From: an uncultured bacterium
Lineage (GTDB): Bacteria; Verrucomicrobiota; Verrucomicrobiia; Limisphaerales; UBA8199
Length of the DNA: 64,000 nucleotides
NCBI GenBank assembly: GCA_963749495.1
Contig: CAVVMW010000012.1
Location: 288,001 to 352,000 of the forward strand
Direction of reading: 5' to 3'
Under the pieces are notes generated by a model that saw only the letters and a program-made list of their open reading frames with translations, was not told the DNA's origin and did not search any database. Positions 1 through 10,782 of the stretch are shown one piece after another (the first letter of the stretch is position 1; every line of letters starts with the position of its first letter). A program made the position numbers and the translations under genes.

Positions 1-2027
1 TGTTTTGGGCGGACAACGATGAAACGGCTTGTAACGGGATGCCCCTTTTCATCGATGAGTGCTTTAAGCCGCCAAGCCTCACGGCTGACTCGGGCGTAGT
101 TCAGGAGGACCTGTGCACTCCCGACCACCGTCCCACTTACAGGCCGCCGGATAGTGGCTGGCGCGAGATTGAGCCACGATACCGCTGGCAACTCGTGTGT
201 GGCTTGCGACTCCTCCCATGCAGAAAAGCCCGCAGTAAGTCCTTCCTTCCTAACCGGTGATTCGGTAATCGAGCCGCTAGGCCGCTTCGGGTCTGTGCTG
301 CTTCTGTGAATCAGCCCTTGCCCGACCTCGGTGAAATTCTCCAGACGCTTCATCCCGGCGAGTGCCTGCCACAGATCGTCAAGTTCCGGTACAACCAACG
401 AAGCGTCTTCCGCCGCGAGCAACCGTTCCCGCTTGACCGTCATCTCGCTGCTCGCGGCATACGTCCGGCTGAATTCCGCAACCTGCCCTTCGCGGATGCG
501 CTGGTAACGCACAGCGAAGCGCCGCGGCGCGTTTGGCGCAAAACGGCGACCGATCATGACGGTGCTCTCCGGCTCCCCGTAACGGAACACCTTGTCGGCG
601 AAAAGGCTGATTTCAGAAATCTCGTAGTCACGCAGGAGCGCCTCGCGCAGCCCGCGCGCTTGCTGGCTATGGAGTAGTGTCTGCGGCAGTACGAATCCGA
701 ACACGCCGCCGGGCGGGAGATTCTCCACCACCCGGCGGAAAGTCTCCGCCGCTTTGTTGTGGAGCCACTCCTGTTTGCGAGTGCCAGCCTCGAACGGCTC
801 AAAAGGCGGGTTGCCAAGCACGATGGACGCTTCGCGCACCGAGCGTTCCAACCGGTCCCCCGGGAACATGTCGGCTTCCGTCAAGGCCCAGCCGTTCGGA
901 TTTGGCACGTCGGCGAGCGTCAGCGACAGCCGGGCAATTTCGAGCGCGAAGGGGTCACGCTCCATTCCGTGCAGACGACGACGCAGGTAGGATTGGCGGG
1001 CTTCGCGCCAATCGGACGGCAGCAACTCACTCAGCAGGCGCATCGCTGAGATGAGGAAAGCCGCATGGCCACATGCCGGTTCGAAAACGTCGCGCTCGCT
1101 GGGCGGCATCTCGCTAATCCACGGACGAAGCCGGCCCACGATGTAATCCACCAGCCAAGGCGGCGTGCTGTGCGTGCCCAACCGCTGCCTGGTTGCGCGG
1201 TCAATCAGCGCGCTTTCGTAAAGGTGCGCGAGGGCTTCCGTGCTGACGAGCCCGCAGTGGCCCAGATTCTGGATGTCGGTGGCCGCCGCTTCCAATGAGG
1301 CGCGCCGGTCGCGGCCGCCCACCGGAACGGGTTTCGGGTTCTCGCTGTTGTAGTGCTTCGACAGCCGCTCATAGACGCTGTCCAAATCTGTGAGAGCCAG
1401 TCGGACGAAGCCCGGCACCTCTTTGTCCTGAAGAATCTTGGCGGCGAGCAACCAAAACGTTGCCTGCAACAGCCAGCGCCCGTCGTTTTCCGAAACCTCG
1501 GCCCAGCCGAGCCGTTTTCGGCCGGAACTCACCACCCGCTCAATGACGTTGCGCAGCTTCTCGCCAGCCGCCTCCTCGACGACCGGCAGCAACCCGGTAT
1601 CCACAAAATCAAGCTGGTAAGTGCTCTCCAGGCGCGCCCACGTCTTCGCGCGATAGATGGCATCCGGCGCCAACTCCGCGGCGTGTTTTCGGAAGAAGCC
1701 AGGCACCTCAGACGGCGTGAGCGGGCAGAAAAACCGCGGTCGTTCCGCCCCCTGTTTCCACACATGGTAGCGGCCCGGCAGACAGGCGAAGACGAGTGGC
1801 GCGCCAAGTGGCCGCGCAGACGAAACGTCGGCCTCGGTAAACTGCGGTCCCACAAGAGCGACCAACGCTGCCGTCCGCGAATCCAAAGGGCGGTCAGAAA
1901 AGGCAAACAGCCCCGGCCTGCTCGTTCCGTCCGGGAAAAGCACGCCGGAGCGCAGTCGGTCCTCGGAGAACCCAACGCGCAACAAGCCCTCACGTACGGG
2001 GCGAAGTTCTGTCGGCAGCGCGAGCAC
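1..2027 (-). CDS. N6-adenine DNA methyltransferase (N-6 DNA methylase, HsdM/Type IIG-like), runs off the left edge
   Basis: Hand translation of a stop-free minus frame from GTG ~2027 to base 1 (absent from the ORF track): LGTHSTPPWLVDYI, motif I FEPACGHAAFL, motif IV LGNPPF, GVFGFVLP, then a TRD-like tail. Start uncertain. Confidence 0.85.
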   Translation of the reverse strand, partial: MLALPTELRPVREGLLRVGFSEDRLRSGVLFPDGTSRPGLFAFSDRPLDSRTAALVALVGPQFTEADVSSARPLGAPLVFACLPGRYHVWKQGAERPRFFCPLTPSEVPGFFRKHAAELAPDAIYRAKTWARLESTYQLDFVDTGLLPVVEEAAGEKLRNVIERVVSSGRKRLGWAEVSENDGRWLLQATFWLLAAKILQDKEVPGFVRLALTDLDSVYERLSKHYNSENPKPVPVGGRDRRASLEAAATDIQNLGHCGLVSTEALAHLYESALIDRATRQRLGTHSTPPWLVDYIVGRLRPWISEMPPSERDVFEPACGHAAFLISAMRLLSELLPSDWREARQSYLRRRLHGMERDPFALEIARLSLTLADVPNPNGWALTEADMFPGDRLERSVREASIVLGNPPFEPFEAGTRKQEWLHNKAAETFRRVVENLPPGGVFGFVLPQTLLHSQQARGLREALLRDYEISEISLFADKVFRYGEPESTVMIGRRFAPNAPRRFAVRYQRIREGQVAEFSRTYAASSEMTVKRERLLAAEDASLVVPELDDLWQALAGMKRLENFTEVGQGLIHRSSTDPKRPSGSITESPVRKEGLTAGFSAWEESQATHELPAVSWLNLAPATIRRPVSGTVVGSAQVLLNYARVSREAWRLKALIDEKGHPVTSRFIVVRPK

Positions 2028-2679
2028 GTTTCGTTTTGAGAATACATTTACCCGAGACCAAATGCCAACGCGAATAACTTCTGAGAAATTCTGAGATCTC
2101 GGCCGTTTGCGCTCGCCCGCAGGCGGCCCAAAACTGGCCCGATTTCGCGGCCCAACAACAAGCTTCTCGCCCTGGCCAAACTCGATTCCGACACCTTGGT
2201 GGGCGGAGTGAGGCGCATCCGGGGCAAGAAACCCCCTCTGGCCGCAGCCGGGGTCCACGCCCGGCGGGCCGAATACACCCGCAGCATTGAGCCCGCCAGC
2301 GCCCTCGCCGCTGTCGGCGCGGACGCAAAATGTTGGGTTCCTCCCAGGAGGCGAAAAGCGGCTCAAGGGCCTCCGCTCTGATTAACCCCAACCGGCAATG
2401 GCTGCCAAGCGGTGTTCAATGGCCGGGGGGCGCAATCCGTCACTGCCCCCGAGCGTGCGCTCTTGCTCGGTACTAGCCCGAGGACGGGCGCGTCTCGGGG
2501 CCAGTGCCGGGTCATTGGAGTTCGAGAGGAGGGTGCCGGGAGTCGAACTGCGGCGAGAATGGACAGGGGTCATTATGGGTTCAGCCATAGCGCAACTGTT
2601 CAGGTGGGGACGCGTGGGGCATGCGCTCGACGGCGCAACCTGGGCGCGTGCGGAGTGCTGAGCTACGGGCGCTTTGCGC

Positions 2680-2707
2680 TTGCCCCAAGCGGCTCTTGTT
2701 CCATAGT
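2680..2707 (+). promoter_or_regulatory. sigma70-like promoter in front of the tRNA-Val 5' fragment
   Basis: TTGCCC-16 nt-CATAGT; same geometry and TGTTCCATA core as the promoter at 10730-10757. Confidence 0.55.
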
Positions 2708-2720
2708 AGTTGCCGGCTTG

Positions 2721-2760
2721 TTGGGCGCTTGGCGCAGCGGTTAGCGCGTCTCGTTTACAC
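2721..2760 (+). repeat. 40-bp direct repeat = 5' half of tRNA-Val(TAC), att-like
   Basis: Identical to 10781-10820; identity stops exactly after the anticodon loop TTTACAC. Confidence 0.9.
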
Positions 2761-2891
2761 GGAGATTCGGGCGCCTGGACCCATTATTCCCCCAGGTGGC
2801 CCCACGCGGACAAACCCAGCTTTTGCAGCGTTCCCGTTCACTTTCGAGGTGGACCCAGCGGGTCCCACTTGGCCCCGAATTTTTCCCAGGT

Positions 2892-2913
2892 GCGTATAAG
2901 CGCGCGTATAAGC
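2892..2913 (+). repeat. Tandem GCGTATAAGC x2, resembling tyrosine-integrase arm sites
   Basis: Copies at 2892-2901 and 2904-2913, ~130 bp from the att core. Confidence 0.5.
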
Positions 2914-2929
2914 AACCGCGCCCACCGGT

Positions 2930-3100
2930 TGTAGCCTTTTATTCCTCATCAGATCCATACTATTTCCAGGATGCTGAGGGCAGGCCCGTTGTCCCAATCG
3001 GCGATTATACTTGGGGAACCTTCTCGGACTTGGATTACGACGGCAGGAAGTACCATGACTCCCTGAAGGCCCACAACCGAAACTCGCGCCCGGAAGCAGC
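2930..3100 (+). pseudogene. Fragment of a secreted glycoside-hydrolase-like gene
   Basis: Protein-like stretch DPYYFQDAEGRPVVPIGDYTWGTFSDLDYD with no credible start or continuation. Confidence 0.35.
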
Positions 3101-3265
3101 CCCAGTGGCGACTGCCTGTTGACCTCCGGGCCCGGCGCTTTAATTACCTCTTTCACGACAACCATGTCCAGGCCCTTCGCATCGAGCAACCCGTGGGCAC
3201 CGGGACGTTGGACGATCCCAAGTGGATGTGAACGGTTGCCCGGGGGCCAGCACCCATTCTCCTGG

Positions 3266-4645
3266 CTATGGTTTCTTCTGAAAACTCACGACGTTCGAAT
3301 AGGTTTTCGCCGGCGCATCCAACAGGTGGTCGTCCTGGTTCTTGAAAATCTTGTTGAAGAAAGAGACGAGACAGGCGTCCTTGGCCTGGCCCGCCAGGCG
3401 CGTGACCGAGTTGGGTGAGGTGGTCCAGGCCTCATCAGTGAACGTTCCATGCTGGGTTCCTGTGATTTGCAGGATATAGGCCGTGTTGGTGGAGTGGTTG
3501 AACATTATGAGGTTATTCGGCGCCAGCCCGGAGTTGGGACTGTTCATAGCCAGAAACGGTTTCTGGAGCCCCAGGTTGATCACGTTGGGCACAGGGTCCA
3601 AATAGCCGTCGAGAAGGACAACCGCCTTGATCAGTTGGTTGGTGCGGCAGTATTCGGCCGTAGTGCTTCCCCCAAAAGACCAGCCCATCATGCCGATGTG
3701 GTCAAGGTCCAGCCGGCCAGCCAGCAGCGGGTCGGTTTGACTGAACTGGCTGAGTTGCCCTAAAACGAACTGCACATCCTCAAACCGGCTCCGCAGGTAA
3801 TAACCGGCATTGTTGAGCACGTTGCCGAAAGTGAAGCCTCGCACCACCATATTGCCATCCGGGAACACCGAAGCGAAACAGTCGATGTGATCGACGGCGA
3901 CCACGATGTACCCGTAACTGGCCAATTTCACGGCGGTCTCAGTGTTATCGGCCCGAAGGCCAGCCGAGTCACCGCCCGCCGCCAGACCATCCGATAACCC
4001 GTGTGAATAAATGACCACCGGGTAGGCGGCGGCGTTGGTGCTGATCGGGGCTTCAGAAAAGGCCTGGGAGACAAAACTGGGTGCGACATTGGTCATTGAA
4101 CCCCAGAAGGGATAATAGTTGGCCAGCTTGGCCTCCATGTAGGGTGCCGGCCACTGGCCGACCTCGGCCTGCGCCGGATACCAGAATGTCGCCATGAACG
4201 AGCTGTTGGTCTTGATGTTGTAGCGGTTGGTGCTGGACGGATCGGTGAGCATTCTCACGAATGACCCAACCGGGAAAGGCCCGGTGGGTGCGGGAAATGG
4301 AGTGATGAGGAGGTTGGTTGGCATCCGATAAAACCGTTGAGGCAACGTGCTGGCAGCCTGGTCAACATAGATCAAAGCGTTGGTGGAGGCATTGGTCCGC
4401 AGGAGGCTCGCCAAGGGCGCCCAATCCACCAGATCAGGCGAGGCCTCGAGCAGATACAGGTCGAAATAGGGCCTGAATGGCGGGGCCGGTTTGCCCCCGA
4501 GTTCGAGGCACGCCGTATGATCAGGCAGCATTTGGATCTGATTAAACTGATGAACGCTGGCGCTCTGGGCCGGCGCCCGGACCAACGAGAGCCACATCAT
4601 GCCCAGGCCAAGAGACCAGAATAAGGAAGCGGTTGGAGTGCTCAC
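3266..4645 (-). CDS. Secreted alpha/beta hydrolase (PAF-acetylhydrolase-like) with an N-terminal EASxDLxxW...RFYR domain
   Basis: Signal peptide, PTGPFPVG, PVVIYSHG, LASYGYIVVAVDH, nucleophile GWSFGG, HGTFTD; start placed at GTG 4645 within ORF 3266..4762. Confidence 0.85.
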   Translation of the reverse strand: MSTPTASLFWSLGLGMMWLSLVRAPAQSASVHQFNQIQMLPDHTACLELGGKPAPPFRPYFDLYLLEASPDLVDWAPLASLLRTNASTNALIYVDQAASTLPQRFYRMPTNLLITPFPAPTGPFPVGSFVRMLTDPSSTNRYNIKTNSSFMATFWYPAQAEVGQWPAPYMEAKLANYYPFWGSMTNVAPSFVSQAFSEAPISTNAAAYPVVIYSHGLSDGLAAGGDSAGLRADNTETAVKLASYGYIVVAVDHIDCFASVFPDGNMVVRGFTFGNVLNNAGYYLRSRFEDVQFVLGQLSQFSQTDPLLAGRLDLDHIGMMGWSFGGSTTAEYCRTNQLIKAVVLLDGYLDPVPNVINLGLQKPFLAMNSPNSGLAPNNLIMFNHSTNTAYILQITGTQHGTFTDEAWTTSPNSVTRLAGQAKDACLVSFFNKIFKNQDDHLLDAPAKTYSNVVSFQKKP

Positions 4646-4778
4646 AATAGGATTTCGGATTTGATATTTGATTGTCGCTCGTCTCTGACCTGCCAGGCGG
4701 GGAACCGCCCGCCTGGCAGGTTGGGCTATTTCCGCACGAGAGTTCGTAAGGCAGGGTATCAAAGGGTCATTCCGCGGA

Positions 4779-5312
4779 TCAGCGGTTTGCGCGCACTTGT
4801 CCTTTCATGGTCCAGGTTGCCTTGCCGGTGGCGTACGCGCCCGTAGGCTGGGCGAGCCCCTGCGTGGTAAACAGGGCGAACCCGTCGATTTCGGCCTGGC
4901 CGGTTGCGTTGGCGAACTTGCCTGAGCCGCCCGTGAACGTCACTTCGTAGTGGATGTTGAGGAAGTTCTGGTTGTCCGGCTCGAGCATCCCGTAGCCTTC
5001 GACCTTCGCGTTCAGGGTGCTCGCCCCCGTGGCATTGGTGATGGTGAACGTGCCCTTGAGCCCGAAGAGATCGGAGTAAACGGCCGTGACGAGGACGTCG
5101 AAGTGGACCGTGCAATTGCCCAGGTGCGAGACCTGGACGACGCCGTCCACGCTGTGCGTAAACACGCTCTTGTTGGTAGCGGTTTGGGTGAGGACAAACG
5201 TCGTGCCCGCACTGGCGTAGATCTCAGCGGCGCTGGCGGAGACGTTGGTCAGGAGCAGGCCGGCGGCGCCGACCGCGCAACCGAGGACTTTCGATATACT
5301 GAGGTTTTTCAT
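4779..5312 (-). CDS. Hypothetical secreted beta-rich protein
   Basis: Signal peptide ending ASA-A; TFTGGSGKFANATG; coding-like codon use. Confidence 0.75.
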   Translation of the reverse strand: MKNLSISKVLGCAVGAAGLLLTNVSASAAEIYASAGTTFVLTQTATNKSVFTHSVDGVVQVSHLGNCTVHFDVLVTAVYSDLFGLKGTFTITNATGASTLNAKVEGYGMLEPDNQNFLNIHYEVTFTGGSGKFANATGQAEIDGFALFTTQGLAQPTGAYATGKATWTMKGQVRANR

Positions 5313-5393
5313 GCTGTTGCTTCTTTCTTTTTGGGAGGCTGGGCCTCCGAGGTTTTTGTTGTTGTCTGTTAGTGCCGCTGAATAGTGGCCGTC

Positions 5394-5428
5394 ATCCTCT
5401 ACAGAGGGAAAAGCGGGAAAAACTTACA
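5394..5428 (-). promoter_or_regulatory. Candidate ECF-type promoter, copy 1
   Basis: TGTAAG-16 nt-CTCTGTAGAGGAT; 28/35 identical to 9604-9638. Confidence 0.6.
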
Positions 5429-5470
5429 GGGAATCTTGCCGGTTGCCGCCCGGCTCGCGGGGAAACCGCG

Positions 5471-8400
5471 CTATTCAACCGTAATGGCGACCAGGAAGGT
5501 GGGATAGAAGGACATGCCGGAGACCAGGTCAATGCTTTCCACCTCGACTTGTGGCAGCGGGTTTTCCCACGAGGTCTGGTAGAGCCGAACCTGGCCCAGG
5601 CTATTGGCGCCGCTCCAGGCGACGATCGAGCCCTTGACCGTTTGGGATTCGTCAGTGAAGCTCACGTCGTCCAGGTCCTGGTGGGTCAGCGGGATCTCCC
5701 AAGTCTGGCCGTTGGCGAAGTTGATCACATAACTGGCCAGGAGTTCCTTCAAATCTCCCCACCGCCGGGCGTGCAGAAAATGCAGCACACGGCACGGGCG
5801 GCCCACCTTGAGGCCCAGGAATTGCGTTGGAAGATCCGTGCCCATCAACTGCAGGTATGGGCAGCCAAATTGAACGACGCCAGCCCGGATCTCGAATTCG
5901 ATCTGGCCGAGCTTTTGCCGGCCTTGCGGCAGGCTCGGAAGGCTCCCGCCGCGGAGCATGTTAGGCAGCTCGCTGGCCAGCGCCAGGTTGCACGCAGTGG
6001 AGAGATCGACGCAAAAGGGGGATGGCGCGGGTTCAGGCCCCGCTGCTTGGCGGGTAAGCCCGAGCGTCTCGAGGAACCGCGCGGCCTCCGGGTCGTCGGG
6101 CGCCAGCAGCGAGGGCCCCAACCGCTCGGCCGGATAGAGCCGGGCCGAGTCTCGGGCGCAAAGCCGCTGCCAGCCTTCGGCGCTCTCAGCCGCCGTCAGG
6201 TCCTGGAAACTGCCCGTGGCGTCGAGGCGACGGCCGGCCAGCACCGTCGCTTGCAGCGCCAGGTACTCCAGCGGCCGGGAGTCCGACGGCAGGTCCCACG
6301 ACCAAATGCCCTCTTCCGTCAGCGTGAGGATGTGCGTGCCGGCGGCGTTGAAGGCGGCGGCGCGCACGGCGCCGCGATGCTCCAGCGGCACCAGCACCAA
6401 CTCGCCGGTCTTGGCATCCCACACGCGCGCGGTCCGGTCACCACTGGCGGTGACGACCAATCGGCCGTCCGGGCTCAACGCGGCATGGAAGACGGCCTGT
6501 TCGTGCCTGAAAAATGGAGTGATGGCCTGGCCGGTTTCCGCATTCCACACGCGCGCCGTGCCATCGTGCCCAGCGCTCACGAGCTGCCGGCCGTCGCTGC
6601 TGAACGACGCGTGCTCAATCAAGGCAGTGTGCTCCAACGGCGGGGTCGTCGGCCGGCCGGTGCTTACATCCCAGATCTGGAGCCGCTGGCCGGCGACGGC
6701 GCACACGCGCCGGCTGTCCGGACTGAAGCAGGCGAAGGTAACCCAGTCGGTCTGCTTGAGAGCCGGGCCGACGGCCAGGCCGGTGGCCGCGTCCCACACG
6801 CGCACGGCCGCATCCAGACCGGCGGTTGCCACCCAGTGGCCGTCGGGACTGAAGCACGCGCACAGCACCGTGCCGCTGTGCCGCAGCGGAGGCCCGATGG
6901 GCCGGCCCGTCAGGGCGTCCACCAGTCGGGCCGTGTCGTCACCCGCCGCGATCACGAAACGCCGCCGGTCCGCGCTGAAAGCCGCGCGGTTGATGAGGCT
7001 GCGCGGCTGCGAAGGCGGGGAGCGCACGGCCATTGGGCCGATGTCCCAGACGCGCGCGGTGCCGTCGTCGCTGGCAGTCAGGGCCCGGCGGCCGTCGGGA
7101 CTGAATGCGGCGTGACTGACCTGAGCATTGTGGGGCAAGGGCGGGGTGGTCGGTTGGAGCGTGCGGGCATCATAAACGCGCGCGCTGTGATCACTGTCGG
7201 CGGAGATGAGAAACCGCCCGTCCGGACTCAAGAGCGGAAACCGCATCCAACCTGACACACAAAAGTGTTTGAAAGGCGACGACTGCCGGGTGGCCAGATC
7301 CCAAATGCGCCCTTCCCCCAAGCCGCCTGTGAGCAGCCGGCGGCCATCGGGGCTGAAGCAGACCTGATAGACCGCTTTGGGGTGGATCAGCGGTTGTCCC
7401 AGCAGTTCGCCCGTAGCGGCGTCCCACACGCACGCCGTCCTGTCCACGCTCGCCGTCGCAATAAAGCGGCCGTCCGTGCTGAAGACGGCGTTGCGGATTG
7501 CGCCGTCATGGCGCAGGCAGAGGAGCTCCTTGCCGCTGGCCGCGTCCCAGACCCGCGCGGTTCCATCGAAGCTGGCGGTGAGCAGGCGCCCGCCATCCGG
7601 ACTGAACGAGGCTTGGGTCACCACGCCGGTGTGCCCGCGCAGCGCGGTCTCCAAGGAGCCAGTGGAGGCATCCCACACCCACACGTTCGTGTCCCACCCG
7701 CCCGCCACCACGCGGCGGCCATCCGGGCCAAAAGCGGCGTGGAACACAAAATTGCTGGTCCTGAGAGACGGTGTAAGAGGCTGGCCCGTCCGCGCGTCAT
7801 ACACACGCGCGCTGTTGGTGTCCACACCCCTGCGACCACGCGCGAGCCATCGGGGCTGAAGGCGCCTTTGACGCCCCAACCGGGGACGTGGTACAGCGCG
7901 GGAGTGACGGGCCGGCCCGTGGCCGCATCCCAAACCCGGGCCTCGTGGCCGAGCGTGAGGATCGACTGTCCGTCAGGGCTGAAGACACCATAAACCACGC
8001 CGTTGGTGTGGGGAAGGACGTGGAGAAGCCTTGGACAACGCTGCAACACCGAGGCAAAACGGAGCCGATGGACCCGCTCCTGGTCTGGATCGCCCTCGAC
8101 CAAGCCCAGCGATTGAGCAAACCAGAGCAGCGCTCCGGTCAAGTCGCCCTGCTTCTCCAACCGGACCCCGTTGGCGACCGATAATCGCAGCAATTGCTCG
8201 CGAGCCGCGCGCGCCTCAAGCCGTGCCCGTTCCTCGGCCCGCTGCGCCTTTTGCTCACTGGCTTCGGCGCGTTGGCGCTGACGGGTCTGCTCCCATTCGG
8301 CCTTTGTGGCGCGCACCGCCTGCCACGCGCTCACCACCGCCCCCAGCACCAGAACGGTGCCGACAAGCCCGGCGGCCATGACTGCGACCTTGTTCCGCCG

Positions 8401-9597
8401 CAGGAACTTCTGCAGCTTGTAGGCGGCGCTGGGCGGGCGGGCCACGACCGGCTCGTTGGCCAAATGGCGTTGGATGTCCGCCGCAAGCCCGGTTGCCGTC
8501 TCGTAACGCCGCGCCCGGTCCTTCTCCAGGCACTTCATTACGATCCAGTCAAGGTCAGTGGACACTGACGAGGGACGAGGGACGAGTTGCTCAGGCTGTG
8601 CCCGTAACGCAGCGGTCTGGCGCAGGCGGGTCGAGGGCCGGACTGGCTGGCGCTCACGGATGATCTTCCGCATCTCGTCCAAACCCGACTTCAGCAGTTC
8701 CTTTGTGTCAAACGGCGTGCTCCCCGTCAGCAGCTCATACAGGAGCACTCCAAGGCTGTAGATGTCCGAACGCGTGTCGATGTCCAACCCGCTCATCTCC
8801 GCCTGCTCCGGGCTCATGTAGGCCGGCGTCCCGATGAACTGCTGGAATTGGGTATACACCGTCTTCTCGGTCAACTCCGCCTGTGTCGCTTTAGCAATCC
8901 CGAAATCAATCACCTTGGGCACGGGCACCCCATCGTGCAGGGTCACCAGGATGTTCGAAGGCTTGAGGTCCCGGTGGATGATCCCCTTCTGGTGCGCGTG
9001 TTGAACCGCGTGACAGATCTGAATGAACAGCTTTAGCCTCTCCGTTGTCTCCGTTTTCTCCTGTTCACAGAACTTGGTAATCGGAATCCCCTTGACCAAC
9101 TCCATCACGAAGTAAGGCCGCCCGGTCTCAGTCGCCCCCGCATCGAAGACCTTGGCGATGTTGGGATGGTCCATCAGGGCCAGAGCCTGGCGCTCGGCCT
9201 CGAAACGGGCCACCACCTGCCGGGTGTCCATTCCCAGCTTGATGATCTTGAGTGCCACGCGCCGCTTCACCGGCTCGCGCTGCTCGGCGACATAGACCAG
9301 CCCAAATCCTCCCTCCCCGATCTTTTCGAGGATCTTGAAGCGGCCGATGACCGCGCCCCGCCCCTCTTCCGCCGGCACGACCACCGTCGCCTCGGCCGGC
9401 GCCGCCGGTTCCGTGAAACCGGCAGCCACCATACCAGCCTGTGCCCGCCCTTGGTCCTGCGCCTTCGGGGCAGGGACGTCACCCATCCGTTGCCCCGGCT
9501 CCAGCGCCAGCCCCAGCAGACACTTCGTGCAGAGGTCGTCCGGGCTGCCGCTCAGGATGACGCCGCCGCATTCTCTGCATCTGTTCTCCGCACTCAC
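5471..9597 (-). CDS. Ser/Thr protein kinase + TM + WD40 repeats, one frameshift near 7830
   Basis: [26 protein letters not shown] in ORF 7618..9597; many WD repeats in ORF 5471..7933; the frames join inside one repeat (GSRVVAG / [10 protein letters not shown]). Confidence 0.9.
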
Positions 9598-9603
9598 GAG
9601 ACT

Positions 9604-9638
9604 ATCCTATACAGAGGGAATTTCCCGAAAACCTTACA
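9604..9638 (-). promoter_or_regulatory. Candidate ECF-type promoter, copy 2, directly before the kinase start
   Basis: TGTAAG-16 nt-CTCTGTATAGGAT, 6 nt before GTG 9597. Confidence 0.6.
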
Positions 9639-9756
9639 CATCGCCGTCTGTTTAGATGCCCATGCGGACGCCGCCCCGGGAAAGGCCGGCGTTCGCCGGT
9701 GGCGCACTCCATCGGAGGCAGCTCGCGGGGGCCAGTGTCGAGATAGACCCGCCGAC

Positions 9757-10515
9757 TCACGCCCCCAGGACCGAGATGAGATAGCGGATTTCCTCCTCCA
9801 CCTCACCTTCTGACGATACCGTCTGGGCCACCTGGTGGCGCAGCAGTGCCCCGAAACGCTGGCGCACCCGGTGAATCGTCACATCGACCGCGTTCAAGCT
9901 CATTCCGTGTTTGGCTGCCAGCTCGACCCGGGAGGCGCTGCCCCGGCCGCGGGGCAGGAAGCCTTCCAGTTCCGCGAACGCCAGGCCCTCAGCCCGCCGG
10001 GCATACTCTTGCCGCAGCACTTCCAGCGTCCGCTCCACCAGCATAAACGCCCAGTGCCGGTCGAACAGCACCTCAGGCGTCATCTCATCAATCGGTTCAA
10101 GAGAGAGCCGCATCTCCGTGGGGCCGCTGTCCAGCGAAATGGGGGTTCGTCCGCCGCCGCGTCGTTGCGAGCGCGCTCGGTCGCGCTGATCGGCCAGGAA
10201 GTGTTTCAGGCAGGCCAAGAGGAAGGAGCGAAACTTGCCGAGGGCCGGATTCACCTTCGTCAAGGAATCGGTTTGCAGCAAACGAAAGAGGAACTCCTGC
10301 GCCAAGTCCTGGGCATCATCCGGGCTGTAACTATCGCGCCGAATAAAGGCATAGAGGGGAGGCCAATACGTCTGGCAAAGCCTCGACCAAGCCTCCCGCG
10401 CTTCCGTTGACCCGCCGTCCCCTGCCTGAAGGACGACCGACCAATGAGTCGCCGTGAACTGCGCCGACTCCGCCGCCGACCATTTGTCGTCCAAGGGGTC
10501 CATTTCGGCTCCCAT
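9757..10515 (-). CDS. ECF sigma-70 factor of the kinase-associated type
   Basis: FTATHWSVV, YWPPLYAFIRR, DAQDLAQEF, GKFRSFLL, sigma4-like C-terminus; directly upstream of the kinase. Confidence 0.88.
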   Translation of the reverse strand: MGAEMDPLDDKWSAAESAQFTATHWSVVLQAGDGGSTEAREAWSRLCQTYWPPLYAFIRRDSYSPDDAQDLAQEFLFRLLQTDSLTKVNPALGKFRSFLLACLKHFLADQRDRARSQRRGGGRTPISLDSGPTEMRLSLEPIDEMTPEVLFDRHWAFMLVERTLEVLRQEYARRAEGLAFAELEGFLPRGRGSASRVELAAKHGMSLNAVDVTIHRVRQRFGALLRHQVAQTVSSEGEVEEEIRYLISVLGA

Positions 10516-10729
10516 TCTATTCCCTCCCGCCTCCCTGAGCGAGGTTTTAATCAGCCGCCCAGCTTGACGTGCGTTCCCCGGCCGGCTCCGAAAGGAGGTG
10601 GGGGAGGCGCCACCCTCCGGGCGTTTGGCCTCGATTCTGGCGAAAACTCGCGGACATGGCTTTCCGAGTCTCTCAATCGTGTGCGCCTCACATCAGCCCT
10701 TGTTGCCTTCTGCGAACCGCCCTTCCGGC

Positions 10730-10757
10730 TTGCCATCGTCTGCCCGTGTTCCATAAT
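10730..10757 (+). promoter_or_regulatory. sigma70-like promoter of tRNA-Val
   Basis: TTGCCA-16 nt-CATAAT. Confidence 0.6.
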
Positions 10758-10782
10758 TGAGTCCGCTGGGTTCACATCATTT

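Larger units (their letters stand above)
2761..10782. mobile_element. Candidate ~8 kb genomic islet integrated at the tRNA-Val anticodon loop; no integrase inside
   Basis: Bounded by the 40-bp tRNA repeat; arm-site-like repeat near the left end; accessory cargo. Confidence 0.55.

Noticed and set aside
2048..2680. Short ORFs between the methyltransferase and the tRNA fragment
   Set aside because: No recognisable motifs or consistent coding frame.
5471..7933. WD40 repeats as a DGR template/variable pair
   Set aside because: Ordinary diverged protein repeats; no RT and no adenine-specific mismatch pattern seen.
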